Shown here piece after piece: positions 41,901-53,100 of a stretch of 64,000 bases of DNA. The stretch spans positions 11,036,001-11,100,000 of the forward strand of contig OZ024764.1 in assembly GCA_964016885.1 (NCBI GenBank). Direction: 5' to 3'. Positions within the stretch are counted from its first letter, which is position 1. Each line of letters starts with the position of its first letter. The notes under the pieces were generated by a model, which had not been told where the DNA came from, made no database searches, and was given only the letters and a program-made list of their open reading frames with translations. Made by a program: the position numbers and the translations under genes. This stretch comes from Eledone cirrhosa. Lineage: Eukaryota.

Positions 41901-44464
41901 GGATTTGATGTAACCAAGATGGTTAGCTTTCTGTTTTGTGAAGAGTCTAAGGTGTAGGAAATGTGTTTGGATGGGCATGGATGGATTTGATGTAACCAAG
42001 ATGGTTAGCTTTCTGTTTTATGAAGAGTCTAAAGTGTAGAAAATGTGTTTGGATGGGCATGGATGGATTTGATGTAACCAAGATGGTTAGCTTTCTGTTT
42101 TATGAAGAGTCTAAGGTGTAGGAAATGTGTTTGGATGGGCATGGAAGGATTAGATTTTAGCAAGATGGCTAGCTTTCTGTTTTATGAAGGGTCTAAGGTA
42201 TAGAAAATGTGTTTGGATGGGCATGGAAGGATTAGATGTAACCAAGATGGCTAGCTTTCTGTTTTATGAAGAGTCTAAGGTGTAGGAAATGTGTTTGGAT
42301 GGGCATGGATGGATTAGATGTAACCAAGATGATTAGCTTTCTGTTTTATGAAGGGTCTAAGGTATAGAAAATGTGTTTGGATGGGCATGGAAGGATTTGA
42401 TGTAACCAAGATGGTTAGCTTTCTGTTTTGTGAAGAGTCTAAGGTGTAGAAAATGTGTTTGGATGGGCATGGATGGATTTGATGTAACCAAGATGGTTAG
42501 CTTTCTGTTTTATGAAGAGTCTAAGGTGTAGGAAATGTGTTTGGATGGGCATGGAAGGATTAGATGTAACCAAGATGGTTAGCTTTCTGTTTTATGAAGA
42601 GTCTAAGGTGTAGGAAATGTGTTTGGATGGGCATGGAAGGATTAGATGTAACCAAGATGGTTAGCTTTCTGTTTTATGAAGAGTCTAAGGTGTGGAAAAG
42701 GGGTTTGGATGGGCATGGATGGATTTGATGTACCCAAGATGGCTAGCTTTCTGTTTTATGAAGAGTCTAAGGTGTAGAAAATGTGTTTGGATGGGCATGG
42801 ATGGATTAGATGTAACCAAGATGGTTAGCTTTCTGTTTTATGAAGAGTCTAAGGTGTAGAAAATGTGTTTGGATGGGCATGGATGGATTTGATGTAACCA
42901 AGATGATTAGCTTTCTGTTTTATGAAGGGTCTAAGGTATAGAAAATGTGTTTGGATGGGCATGGATGGATTAGATGTAACCAAGATGATTAGCTTTCTGT
43001 TTTATGAAGGGTCTAAGGTATAGAAAATGTGTTTGGATGGGCATGGAAGGATTAGATGTAACCAAGATGGTTAGCTTTCTGTTTTATGAAGAGTCTAAGG
43101 TGTAGAAAATGTGTTTGGATGGGCATGGATGGATTTGATGTAACCAAGATGGTTAGCTTTCTGTTTTATGAAGAGTCTAAGGTGTAGAAAATGTTGTTGG
43201 ATGGGCATGGATGGATTTGATGTAACCAAGATGGCTAGCTTTCTGTTTTATGAAGAGTCTAAGGTGTAGAAAATGTGTTTGGATGGGCATGGATGGATTT
43301 GATGTAACGAAGATGGTTAGCTTTCTGTTTTATGAAGAGTCTAAGGTGTAGGAAATGTGTTTGGATGGGCATGGAAGGATTAGATGTAACCAAGATGGTT
43401 AGCTTTCTGTTTTATGAAGAGTCTAAGGTGTAGGAAATGTGTTTGGATGGGCATGGATGGATTTGATGTAACCAAGATGGTTAGCTTTCTGTTTTATGAA
43501 GAGTCTAAGGTGTAGAAAATGTGTTTGGATGGGCATGGATGGATTTGATGTAACCAAGATGATTAGCTTTCTGTTTTATGAAGAGTCAAAGGTGTAGAAA
43601 ATGTGTTTGGATGGGCATGGATGGATTTGATGTAACCAAGATGGTTAGCTTTCTGTTTTATGAAGAGTCTAAGGTGTAGGAAATGTGTTTGGATGGGCAT
43701 GGAAGGATTAGATGTAACCAAGATGGTTAGCTTTCTGTTTTATGAAGGGTCTAAGGTGTAGGAAATGTGTTTGGATGGGCATGGATGGATTAGATGTAAC
43801 CAAGATGGTTAGCTTTCTGTTTTATGAAGAGTCTAAGGTGTAGAAAATGTGTCTGGATGGGCATGGATGGATTAGATGTAACCAAGATGGTTGGATTTCT
43901 GTTTTATGAAGAGTCTAAAGTGTAGAAAATGTGTTTGGATGGGCATGGATGGATTTGATGTAACCAAGATGGTTGGATTTCTGTTTTATGAAGAGTCTAA
44001 GGTGTAGAAAATGTGTTTGGATGGGCATGGATGGATTAGATGTAACCAAGATGGTTAGCTTTCTGTTTTATGAAGAGTCTAAGGTGTAGAAAATGTGTCT
44101 GGATGGGCATGGATGGATTAGATGTAACCAAGATGGTTGGATTTCTGTTTTATGAAGAGTCTAAAGTGTAGAAAATGTGTTTGGATGGGCATGGATGGAT
44201 TTGATGTAACCAAGATGGTTGGATTTCTGTTTTATGAAGAGTCTAAGGTGTAGAAAATGTGTTTGGATGGGCATGGATGGATTAGATGTAACCAAGATGG
44301 TTAGCTTTCTGTTTTATGAAGAGTCTAAAGTGTAGAAAATGTGTTTGGATGGGCATGGATGGATTAGATGTAACCAAGATGGTTGGATTTCTGTTTTACG
44401 AAGAGTCTAAGGTGTAGGAAATGTGTTTGGATGGGCTTGGAAGGATTTGATGTAACCAAGATGG
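14925..44464. repeat. 82-bp satellite array, ~360 copies, 29.5 kb (ATGGTTAGCTTTCTGTTTTATGAAGAGTCTAAGGTGTAGGAAATGTGTTTGGATGGGCATGGAAGGATTAGATGTAACCAAG)
   Basis: Period 82 measured (22151 to 22233). Uninterrupted head-to-tail with a handful of recurrent variant positions. Confidence 0.98.
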
Positions 44465-44606
44465 CAGTGTAAGTGCCATGAAGGTGCTTTTGTTGTTTGG
44501 TTGAAAGCGTCCATGCTTCACTGCCATATATTAGGGTTGGGGTCAGTTTATATTTAGGTATGTATGGTAAATAATTAAATAATATGAAGTTATAATAATC
44601 TCATAC

Positions 44607-44764
44607 TTTTTTCCAGCAATTGAGAACACTTCAGCATTATGTATATCTATCCATGGAGAACTTTTCAGATTTTTAAGAGAGAACCAGCTATGAAGTGTTG
44701 TATTTCGTCCATTAAATAACATATTTACCACGGCTGTTTTGTTTTTGTAAAGTACCAATTTCAC
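44607..44764 (-). CDS. Coding exon 3: VKLVLYKNKTAVVNMLFNGRNTTLHSWFSLKNLKSSPWIDIHNAEVFSIAGK
   Basis: GTTTCAG acceptor, GTATGA donor, 158 nt, phase 0 to 2. Contained in ORF 44543..44797. Confidence 0.88.
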
Positions 44765-45271
44765 CTGAAACAAATAACAATATATCATTCCAAGCATAAG
44801 AGTATTTCAGTTCAGTATTTGTGCCAACTTTTATATTGGGTAATGACCGAATAGAAGGTGGCTAAAATGGGGCTCCTCTGAAGGCTCTTTGAAGTAACGT
44901 TACTCAGTAGAGTGCGTAACTTTGAGACCCGAGAGTGATTCCACTTAGAGCCACTACTCCTCTGAATAGGTCCAGCTTATATACACCCAAGCTGAAATTC
45001 TGGCTTAAGTTTAATGAGTATATACGTATATACACTAGCAGAATGGCCCGCCGTTGCTCGGGATTCTAAACATGGATTGGCATGTTTATCCCTCCTTTCT
45101 GAACTATTACAGAGAAGTACGGAATACCTCGGCCTGGGGATGGTGTCTACATTTTGTGCTTAGGCAAATAATATTCCATTAAGATTTTTCATAAGCATGT
45201 AATTGCGTTCCCTCTCTTTTTTGTTGTTGTTTTTGCTGCTGTTGGTGTGATAGCAGCCGTTGGTCGTACTC

Positions 45272-46219
45272 CTAACACAGTTGTGTCCTTCTTCAGCCAA
45301 TCGTGTATATCCCCTTCTGCCTCGTCTACCTAAACAATGATTGTAGCACCTCCTTGTACACAATGTTCCTTGTTCTTCCGTGTTGGGTATATGCAAAGAG
45401 ATTTGTCTTGCTTCCCACTCTTGAGCAACCAATGTATAGTTTGCCGTGTGAAAAACATGACTAACACAGTTGTGTCCTTCTTCAGCCAATCGTGTATATC
45501 CCCTTCTGCCTCGTCTACCTAAACAATGATTGTAGCACCTCCTTGTACACAATGTTCCTTGTTCTTCCGTGTTGGGTATATGCAAAGAGATTTGTCTTGC
45601 TTCCCACTCTTGAGCAACCAATGTATAGTTTGCCGTGTGAAAAACATGACTAACACAGTTGTGTCCTTCTTCAGCCAATCGTGTATATCCCCTTCTGCCT
45701 CGTCTACCTAAACAATGATTGTAGCACCTCCTTGTACACAATGTTCCTTGTTCTTCCGTGTTGGGTATATGCAAAGAGATTTGTCTTGCTTCCCACTCTT
45801 GAGCAACCAATGTATAGTTTGCCGTGTGAAAAACATGACTAACACAGTTGTGTCCTTCTTCAGCCAATCGTGTATATCCCCTTCTGCCTCGTCTACCTAA
45901 ACAATGATTGTAGCACCTCCTTGTACACAATGTTCCTTGTTCTTCCGTGTTGGGTATATGCAAAGAGATTTGTCTTGCTTCCCACTCTTGAGCAACCAAT
46001 GTATAGTTTGCCGTGTGAAAAACATGACTAACACAATTGTGTCCTTCTTCAGCCAATCGTGTATATCCCCTTCTGCCTCGTCTATCTAAACAATGATTGT
46101 AGCACCTCCTTGTACACAATGTTCCTTGTTCTTCCGTGTTGGGTATATGCAAAGAGATTTGTCTTGCTTCCCACTCTTGAGCAACCAATGTATAGTTTGC
46201 CGTGTGAAAAACATGACTC
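45272..46219. repeat. 189-bp tandem array, 5 near-identical copies, made of the Helitron helicase C-terminus and stop region
   Basis: Repeated ORFs at 45337, 45526, 45715, 45904 (period 189). Confidence 0.95.
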
Positions 46220-46689
46220 TGGGATTTGTTGATAGATATTGCAAAGTTGACATGGTTCGGTGAATGGTTTGTTGGTTGTCAGTTTCAAGTGTTCTTCTGG
46301 TGGCAGTATGTTCAGCATCTTGCAACCGTCGAATAGCAGATTCCACTGACGATTCGTTTGCCTGCCTTGCTCTTTTTCTTGCCGCTTTCGCAGTATTTCG
46401 GCCAATGGAGTATCTCTTCCTTCGAAGCATGACCTAAAAGCAGGACGAAGTACACTAAGACTAACTGGTAGAGTAAGGAGTAAATTCATCAGTGATGCAT
46501 GTGATTTCCAAACCGTTGACTATGTCATTGCTGGCCTTGTGCCAAAAGTAGTGGGACTTTTTGGGTGGCATATCGGCAGTAACAATGACGATAAGCCGTC
46601 TTTGCTTTCGTGAAATAAATACGTTTGTTTATATTTTGTTTTTGTGTATGCAAAAATATCTGTACACGAATATATAATTATATATATAT

Positions 46690-47241
46690 ATATTGTTATG
46701 CTTTGGGAGGATCATATATATATTATTATGCTTTGCCAATAAGAAACACATGCACCAGTTGCTTTCACTCCAATTTATTATAAATTAAATTAGCAACATC
46801 ACAACTTACAATTAAGGACAAAATGAAAACACACACACACACATAGAACAAACAACTAACTAGTAACATATAAATAAACAAATAAAAACACACACAGACA
46901 CCCGGATGTAACACATGCACAAACTAAGCACACAACACACACAAAAACAAGATGGCGTAGGACAGAACAAAGGAGAGGCACAAAACAAAGAAAATAATCC
47001 CCAGTCACTGAAGAGGTCACAGAATGTGTGACGAAAGAACTTTGACAATATATGAACAACCGTCCGGTTATGGAACCAAACAACCAACCGGAAATTTATA
47101 AATTCAATTTATAATAAATTGGAGTGAAAGCAACTAGTGTGTGTGTTTCTTATTGGCAACATGACCCTCCCAAAGCATAACAATATCGGTTTCAACACAC
47201 GTTTTCAGATAAAGAATCTTGCTAAACAAATTCAGAAACGA
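46690..47241. mobile_element. PLE pLTR-like remnant with a short inverted arm, nested in the Helitron; same family as 58181-59090
   Basis: 46795-47241 is the reverse complement of ~58181-58660. 46690-46786 is inverted relative to 47105-47186. Flanked by (TA)n. Confidence 0.75.
47004..47046 (+). ncRNA. Minimal type I hammerhead ribozyme motif (family B)
   Basis: GTCA-CTGAAGA-G-GTCACA(GAATG)TGTGAC-GAAA-GAAC-TT-TGAC. Confidence 0.7.
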
Positions 47242-47840
47242 TATATATATATATACATATACATTAAAATAACAGATTAAAGTTTAAGCTTTCACCCTTA
47301 ACGGGATCTTCTGAAACTAAAAAAATCAATCTGTGAACGCAGAAGTAAATATTTTGAAAAACGTTGCAACCGAAGGAAAACAGGAAGACGATACTTTGGT
47401 TTGTGAAGATGTTCCCTGGCAATGAACAGAAAATAGTGAAGATAATACGTCAGCAATGAGAACAATATTTGTCATAATGTTGTAATGCAGACAGCCAGAC
47501 ATACAGACAGATATTATAAGGGCGCGACGTTATAGCTATGTATTTATCTAAAAATACAGACTAAGAAAGAGAGTGAGATCGCTAACCGGCCCCTAACACC
47601 CCTTTAACAACAGAAAATTGAAAAATAAAGGCTGCAGTTAATATCTTTAGGCCGCAAGGAATATATAAATGCAAGTTTGAAGTGAATCGGAGTAGAAATG
47701 TGGATTTGTATAGACTTTGCAAAAATTAGGACACACGGACACACAATTTCAGTTTTATATATATGTATATATATATATATATGTGTGTGTGTGTTTGAGT
47801 AGGTAAATATATATATATATATTTGTGTGTCTATACCTAC

Positions 47841-48019
47841 CTCCTCAATTGGAAGTTTTTCCCAGATGTCAAGGATAGGATGTTGGAAGAATTTAGTACA
47901 GCTGTCATCTTTGCATCCGTTCAAATTCCAATCTGAAGGCTTTCCAAACTTGGCAAAGGATCCATAAATTTGGGTGCCACTTCCTGCTGATAGGGCAAAG
48001 ATTTTGATCCATTTGCTAT
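47841..48019 (-). CDS. Coding exon 2: (Y)SKWIKIFALSAGSGTQIYGSFAKFGKPSDWNLNGCKDDSCTKFFQHPILDIWEKLPIEE
   Basis: ATTTCAG acceptor, GTAGGT donor, 179 nt, phase 1 to 0. Contained in ORF 47604..48089. Confidence 0.9.
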
Positions 48020-48039
48020 CTGAAATAATAATAATAATG

Positions 48040-48182
48040 ATTTCTAATATAGGCACAAGGCCAGTAATTTGTGGGGAGGGGAAAGTCAATTAAATTGACT
48101 CCAGTACATTACTGGTGTTTTATTTTATCGACCCCGTAAGGATGAAAGGCAAAGTTACCCCCGGAGGGATTTGAACTCAGAC
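48040..48182 (-). mobile_element. 5'-truncated tRNA-derived SINE next to the exon 2 acceptor
   Basis: Reverse complement of CTGAGTTCAAATCCC...TTTGCCTTTCATCCTTACGGGGTCGATAAAATAA, same family as 7035 and 59187. Confidence 0.75.
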
Positions 48183-48572
48183 CATTCATAACTTTGAAAT
48201 TATGAACTGTTGGAATCGAGTTCATAACTTTGAAGGTATGAACTGTTGGAAAAGAGTTCAAACATGTTAGGATGAGTTATCTTGTCCCTGGCACTGGAGT
48301 GCATACATGTTAAGACGAGATATCTTCTATGGCACTGAAGAGGTTAATGGAGAGCCCTTATATATTCAGTAGCGTTTAGCATCACACAAAGAAATGAATC
48401 CCTCGGATGAAAGAAAAATATGGTAAAAATATTTATAGGATAATAAAGCATCAACGACACCACACCAACATGCACCACCACCATCGTTACATGAACACCA
48501 CCACAAAAGTATATGAAACAAGTATCAAAGTTCCACTACTACCACTGCGACAAGAACATCAGCTACAACTTC

Positions 48573-48942
48573 ACCATCATCATCATCATACGCCCGCTTT
48601 TCCCTGCTTGCAATGGTATGATGGGTACTTTTCAGCGAAGCATCTCTCCATTCATCACGGTCCTTCGTCATCTCCTCCATGAGCTTCAGAGATCTGAGGT
48701 CAGCTCTCACTACATCCACCCATGATTTCCTCTACTGCGTCTTCCTTCTACTGGGACTATTTGGCACTTCTTTACCTAGCGGTCATCCTCCATGCGCATC
48801 ACATGTCCATACCAATGCAGTCTTCTCTCCCGCACACTACAGCTTATCCCTCTTATACACAGTTTCTCTTTCAACTCATCTATACTTGGTTGTTCACGTA
48901 CATTGACATTGCACATCCAACGGAGCATGCTTGCTTCATTTC
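48573..48942 (-). mobile_element. Decayed RTE LINE 3' fragment (third subfamily) with (GAT)n tail
   Basis: NEASMLRWMCNVNVREQ... and MDVVRADLRSLKLMEEMTKDRDEWR; matches 63918-64000. Confidence 0.8.
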
Positions 48943-48971
48943 TCTACAACATAAAATAATATTTTACTTAC

Positions 48972-49296
48972 ATCTATAGTAGCATTTTTCATAGTCGTCT
49001 TGTAATTTATCGGCAGCGACAGCACTATTTGGTAAGAAAATCTTGCAAACACTGGTGTTAACGTCATAACTGAAGAGGTCTGACTGGCTGTTTAAAGCAG
49101 CCATGGCACATTGCCCTTCAGAGTTGTTTTTGGTGAATCCATGTGGTGGAGGCTTGATAAGGTACTTGTAGGAATAGCCAGAAGCAAAATAATTGTAGAT
49201 GGCTTCATTAAATTCCTCATCTACAGAAATGGTCAGATCTGTTGCAAGGATTAAGAGCATCAGCAACATGTTGGTCAAAACTGGACACTTGGACAT
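48972..49296 (-). CDS. Coding exon 1: MSKCPVLTNMLLMLLILATDLTIS...SEGQCAMAALNSQSDLFSYDVNTSVCKIF...EKCYYR (signal peptide + PAN/apple-like module)
   Basis: ATG at 49296-49294, 5 nt after a TTTACAG acceptor (exon starts 49301). Hydrophobic N-terminal stretch. GTAAGT donor from 48971, phase 1. Lies within ORF 48964..49533. Confidence 0.88.
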
Positions 49297-49566
49297 TGTA
49301 TCTGTAAATTGAACAGAATAAAGAGAGAGATGGGCTGATAAATAAATAGGAAGTGGATAGATATAGAGGAGGGAGGGATTGACATGAGGAGGGAGGATGT
49401 AGTAAGAGAAGATATTTGAGAGTGATAGAAAGAGAGAAGTGAGGGAATAGGAGGAAGAATAAGAGAGATAGAGCATATGTATGTGTAGCAAGATGGTGTA
49501 TGATAAATCAGAAAGTGTTTTGATTGAAAACAAACAGCAATTTATTAAGTCATATATATATATATG

Positions 49567-49638
<72 letters not shown>

Positions 49639-49758
49639 TGTATGTATAGTATATTTGGTAATATACTGTGTGTTTAATTAAAAATATTTTGAAGACCTTG
49701 CACTATTATTTTAAAGTAGTACTATGTATCTTCTTTTCTCAGCAAAGGAAGAGAGAGA

Positions 49759-49797
49759 AACTGACATCTGTTTCACACTGTTGGTGTTCCTCAGAAC
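49759..49797 (-). ncRNA. Degenerate hammerhead ribozyme motif (family C)
   Basis: Reverse complement GTT-CTGAGGA-ACAC(CAACA)GTGT-GAAA-CAGATG-TC-AGT; stems I and III weakened. Confidence 0.5.
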
Positions 49798-49950
49798 AAC
49801 GTACCCGCCGACCTCTGTCGAAAATTATAGTAGCTGCATTCTTATAGAATTCCAGTAATAATCAGGAACTGATTATACAGAGGGCTTTATTACTGGAATT
49901 CTATAAGAATCCAGCTACTATAATTTTCAACAGAGGTCGGCGGGTACGTC

Positions 49951-49990
49951 GCTCTGAGGAACACCAACAGTGTGAAATAGGTCTGTCAGC
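49951..49990 (+). ncRNA. Minimal type I hammerhead ribozyme motif (family C)
   Basis: GCT-CTGAGGA-ACAC(CAACA)GTGT-GAAA-TAGGTCTG-TC-AGC; GUC cleavage triplet. Confidence 0.65.
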
Positions 49991-50164
49991 TGCTCTCCCT
50001 TCCTTTGCTGAGAAAAGAAGTGACATAATCACTACTTTAAAATAATAGCGCAAGGTCTTCAAAATATTTTTAATTAAACATACAGTATATTACCAAATAT
50101 ACTATACATACATTCATGTATACATCACTATTTCAGAGCACCAATCCTAATATATATATATATA

Positions 50165-53100
50165 GAGGGTTTCTCTTAGTAGCTTTTTCATGTCGTTAAT
50201 ATTATGATGTTCCCTGCTGTATTAGCGTTAAATTTTCCCTGCTGTATTAGCGATAAATTTTCGAGGGTTTCTCTTAGTAGCTTTTTTCATGACGTTATTA
50301 TTGTTAATTTTACTGATGTAGTATTAACTTATTAACTTGGATATTTACCATGCGGTATTCTAATCCTATTGTATCTCTCTCAGTTATTTACCATGCGACC
50401 CTCAGTTCCTACCCCCCCCCCCTCTATGCACTTCTTTAAGGCTTACTACCCTGTCTTTAACCTAATTCATTCAATCTGAAAATATTGAAGAGATAAGACA
50501 CTTTGCCATTCTTCTCTGCTAAAATGTACCACTGAGCTGATTCAAATTTTCCCAGCCAGCCATCCACCTAATCTACGAAGGTATTTTAGCCTACATATTG
50601 TCGTTAATATTATGATGTTCCCTGCTGTATTAGCGTTAAATTTTCCCTGCTGTATTAGCGATAAATTTTCGAGGGTTTCTCTTAGTAGCTTTTTCATGTC
50701 GTTAATATTATGATGTTCCCTGCTGTATTAGCGTTAAATTTTCCCTGCTGTATTAGCGATAAATTTTCGAGGGTTTCTCTTAGTAGCTTTTTCATGTCGT
50801 TAATATTATGATGTTCCCTGCTGTATTAGCGTTAAATTTTCCCTGCTGTATTAGCGATAAATTTTCGAGGGTTTCTCTTAGTAGCTTTTTTCATGACGTT
50901 ATTATTGTTAATTTTACTGATGTAGTATTAACTTATTAACTTGGATATTTACCATGCGGTATTCTAATCCTATTGTATCTCTCTCAGTTATTTACCATGC
51001 GACCCTCAGTTCCTACCCCCCCCCCCCTCTATGCACTTCTTTAAGGCTTACTACCCTGTCTTTAACCTAATTCATTCAATCTGAAAATATTGAAGAGATA
51101 AGACACTTTGCCATTCTTCTCTGCTAAAATGTACCACTGAGCTGATTCAAATTTTCCCAGCCAGCCATCCACCTAATCTACGAAGGTATTTTAGCCTACA
51201 TATTGTCGTTAATATTATGATGTTCCCTGCTGTATTAGCGTTAAATTTTCCCTGCTGTATTAGCGATAAATTTTCGAGGGTTTCTCTTAGTAGCTTTTTC
51301 ATGTCGTTAATATTATGATGTTCCCTGCTGTATTAGCGTTAAATTTTCCCTGCTGTATTAGCGATAAATTTTCGAGGGTTTCTCTTAGTAGCTTTTTCAT
51401 GTCGTTAATATTATGATGTTCCCTGCTGTATTAGCGTTAAATTTTCCCTGCTGTATTAGCGATAAATTTTCGAGGGTTTCTCTTAGTAGCTTTTTCATGT
51501 CGTTAATATTATGATGTTCCCTGCTGTATTAGCGTTAAATTTTCCCTGCTGTATTAGCGATAAATTTTCGAGGGTTTCTCTTAGTAGCTTTTTCATGTCG
51601 TTAATATTATGATGTTCCCTGCTGTATTAGCGTTAAATTTTCCCTGCTGTATTAGCGATAAATTTTCGAGGGTTTCTCTTAGTAGCTTTTTCATGTCGTT
51701 AATATTATGATGTTCCCTGCTGTATTAGCGTTAAATTTTCCCTGCTGTATTAGCGATAAATTTTCGAGGGTTTCTCTTAGTAGCTTTTTTCATGACGTTA
51801 TTATTGTTAATTTTACTGATGTAGTATTAACTTATTAACTTGGATATTTACCATGCGGTATTCTAATCCTATTGTATCTCTCTCAGTTATTTACCATGCG
51901 ACCCTCAGTTCCTACCCCCCCCCCCCCCCTCTATGCACTTCTTTAAGGCTTACTACCCTGTCTTTAACCTAATTCATTCAATCTGAAAATATTGAAGAGA
52001 TAAGACACTTTGCCATTCTTCTCTGCTAAAATGTACCACTGAGCTGATTCAAATTTTCCCAGCCAGCCATCCACCTAATCTACGAAGGTATTTTAGCCTA
52101 CATATTGTCGTTAATATTATGATGTTCCCTGCTGTATTAGCGTTAAATTTTCCCTGCTGTATTAGCGATAAATTTTCGAGGGTTTCTCTTAGTAGCTTTT
52201 TCATGTCGTTAATATTATGATGTTCCCTGCTGTATTAGCGTTAAATTTTCCCTGCTGTATTAGCGATAAATTTTCGAGGGTTTCTCTTAGTAGCTTTTTC
52301 ATGTCGTTAATATTATGATGTTCCCTGCTGTATTAGCGTTAAATTTTCCCTGCTGTATTAGCGATAAATTTTCGAGGGTTTCTCTTAGTAGCTTTTTCAT
52401 GTCGTTAATATTATGATGTTCCCTGCTGTATTAGCGTTAAATTTTCCCTGCTGTATTAGCGATAAATTTTCGAGGGTTTCTCTTAGTAGCTTTTTCATGT
52501 CGTTAATATTATGATGTTCCCTGCTGTATTAGCGTTAAATTTTCCCTGCTGTATTAGCGATAAATTTTCGAGGGTTTCTCTTAGTAGCTTTTTCATGTCG
52601 TTAATATTATGATGTTCCCTGCTGTATTAGCGTTAAATTTTCCCTGCTGTATTAGCGATAAATTTTCGAGGGTTTCTCTTAGTAGCTTTTTTCATGACGT
52701 TATTATTGTTAATTTTACTGATGTAGTATTAACTTATTAACTTGGATATTTACCATGCGGTATTCTAATCCTATTGTATCTCTCTCAGTTATTTACCATG
52801 CGACCCTCAGTTCCTACCCCCCCCTCTATGCACTTCTTTAAGGCTTACTACCCTGTCTTTAACCTAATTCATTCAATCTGAAAATATTGAAGAGATAAGA
52901 CACTTTGCCATTCTTCTCTGCTAAAATGTACCACTGAGCTGATTCAAATTTTCCCAGCCAGCCATCCACCTAATCTAAGAAGGTATTTTAGCCTACATAT
53001 TGTCGTTAATATTATGATGTTCCCTGCTGTATTAGCGTTAAATTTTCCCTGCTGTATTAGCGATAAATTTTCGAGGGTTTCTCTTAGTAGCTTTTTCATG

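Larger units (their letters stand above)
45035..47760 (-). mobile_element. Internally deleted Helitron in intron 2, with RepHel N-terminal and Pif1-helicase C-terminal remnants
   Basis: 3' CCCGAGCAACGGCGGG hairpin + CTAG|T ending at 45035. CFSHGKLYIGCSRVG...NLF...G.T.NIVY.EVL is the Pif1/Helitron helicase terminal motif. MLRRKRYSIGRNTAKAARKRARQANES... resembles RepHel N-termini. Termini shared with 5232-5977. Confidence 0.85.
12683..49301 (-). other. Spliced protein-coding gene (5 coding exons, 294 aa): secreted protein with signal peptide, degenerate PAN/apple-like module and a Trp/Cys-rich C-terminal domain of a kind recalled from uncharacterised mollusc proteins
   Basis: Manual splicing: 325+179+158+158+65 = 885 nt = 294 codons + TGA. 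All introns GT..AG, phases 1,0,2,1 match, no internal stops. Motif order W-x-x-x-F..AG.G..Y / C...C / ILD.W / V.L.LYK / FNG / WFS / S.PW / FSI.G / RFYI / C..DEGW / CEW / P.F.YS / ADSMAIF reads as one coherent domain. AATAAA on minus strand at 12683-12688. Family assignment is from memory, not a database search. Confidence 0.88.
49634..50117. repeat. Inverted repeat (arms ~49634-49860 and ~49888-50117, ~27-bp spacer); probable inverted PLE pLTR
   Basis: Arms are diverged reverse complements, each with a hammerhead core; flanked by (TA)n. Confidence 0.85.

Noticed and set aside
14925-44464. 82-bp satellite as a hammerhead-bearing satellite (ATGAAGA-GTCTA-AGGTG-TAG-GAAA)
   Set aside because: Core C3 is absent (A instead), many units lack GAAA in register, and no stem I or III pairing can be drawn
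45160-46188. 342-aa repetitive ORF
   Set aside because: Alternative-frame read-through of the 189-bp array (a multiple of 3); the meaningful helicase frame stops in each unit
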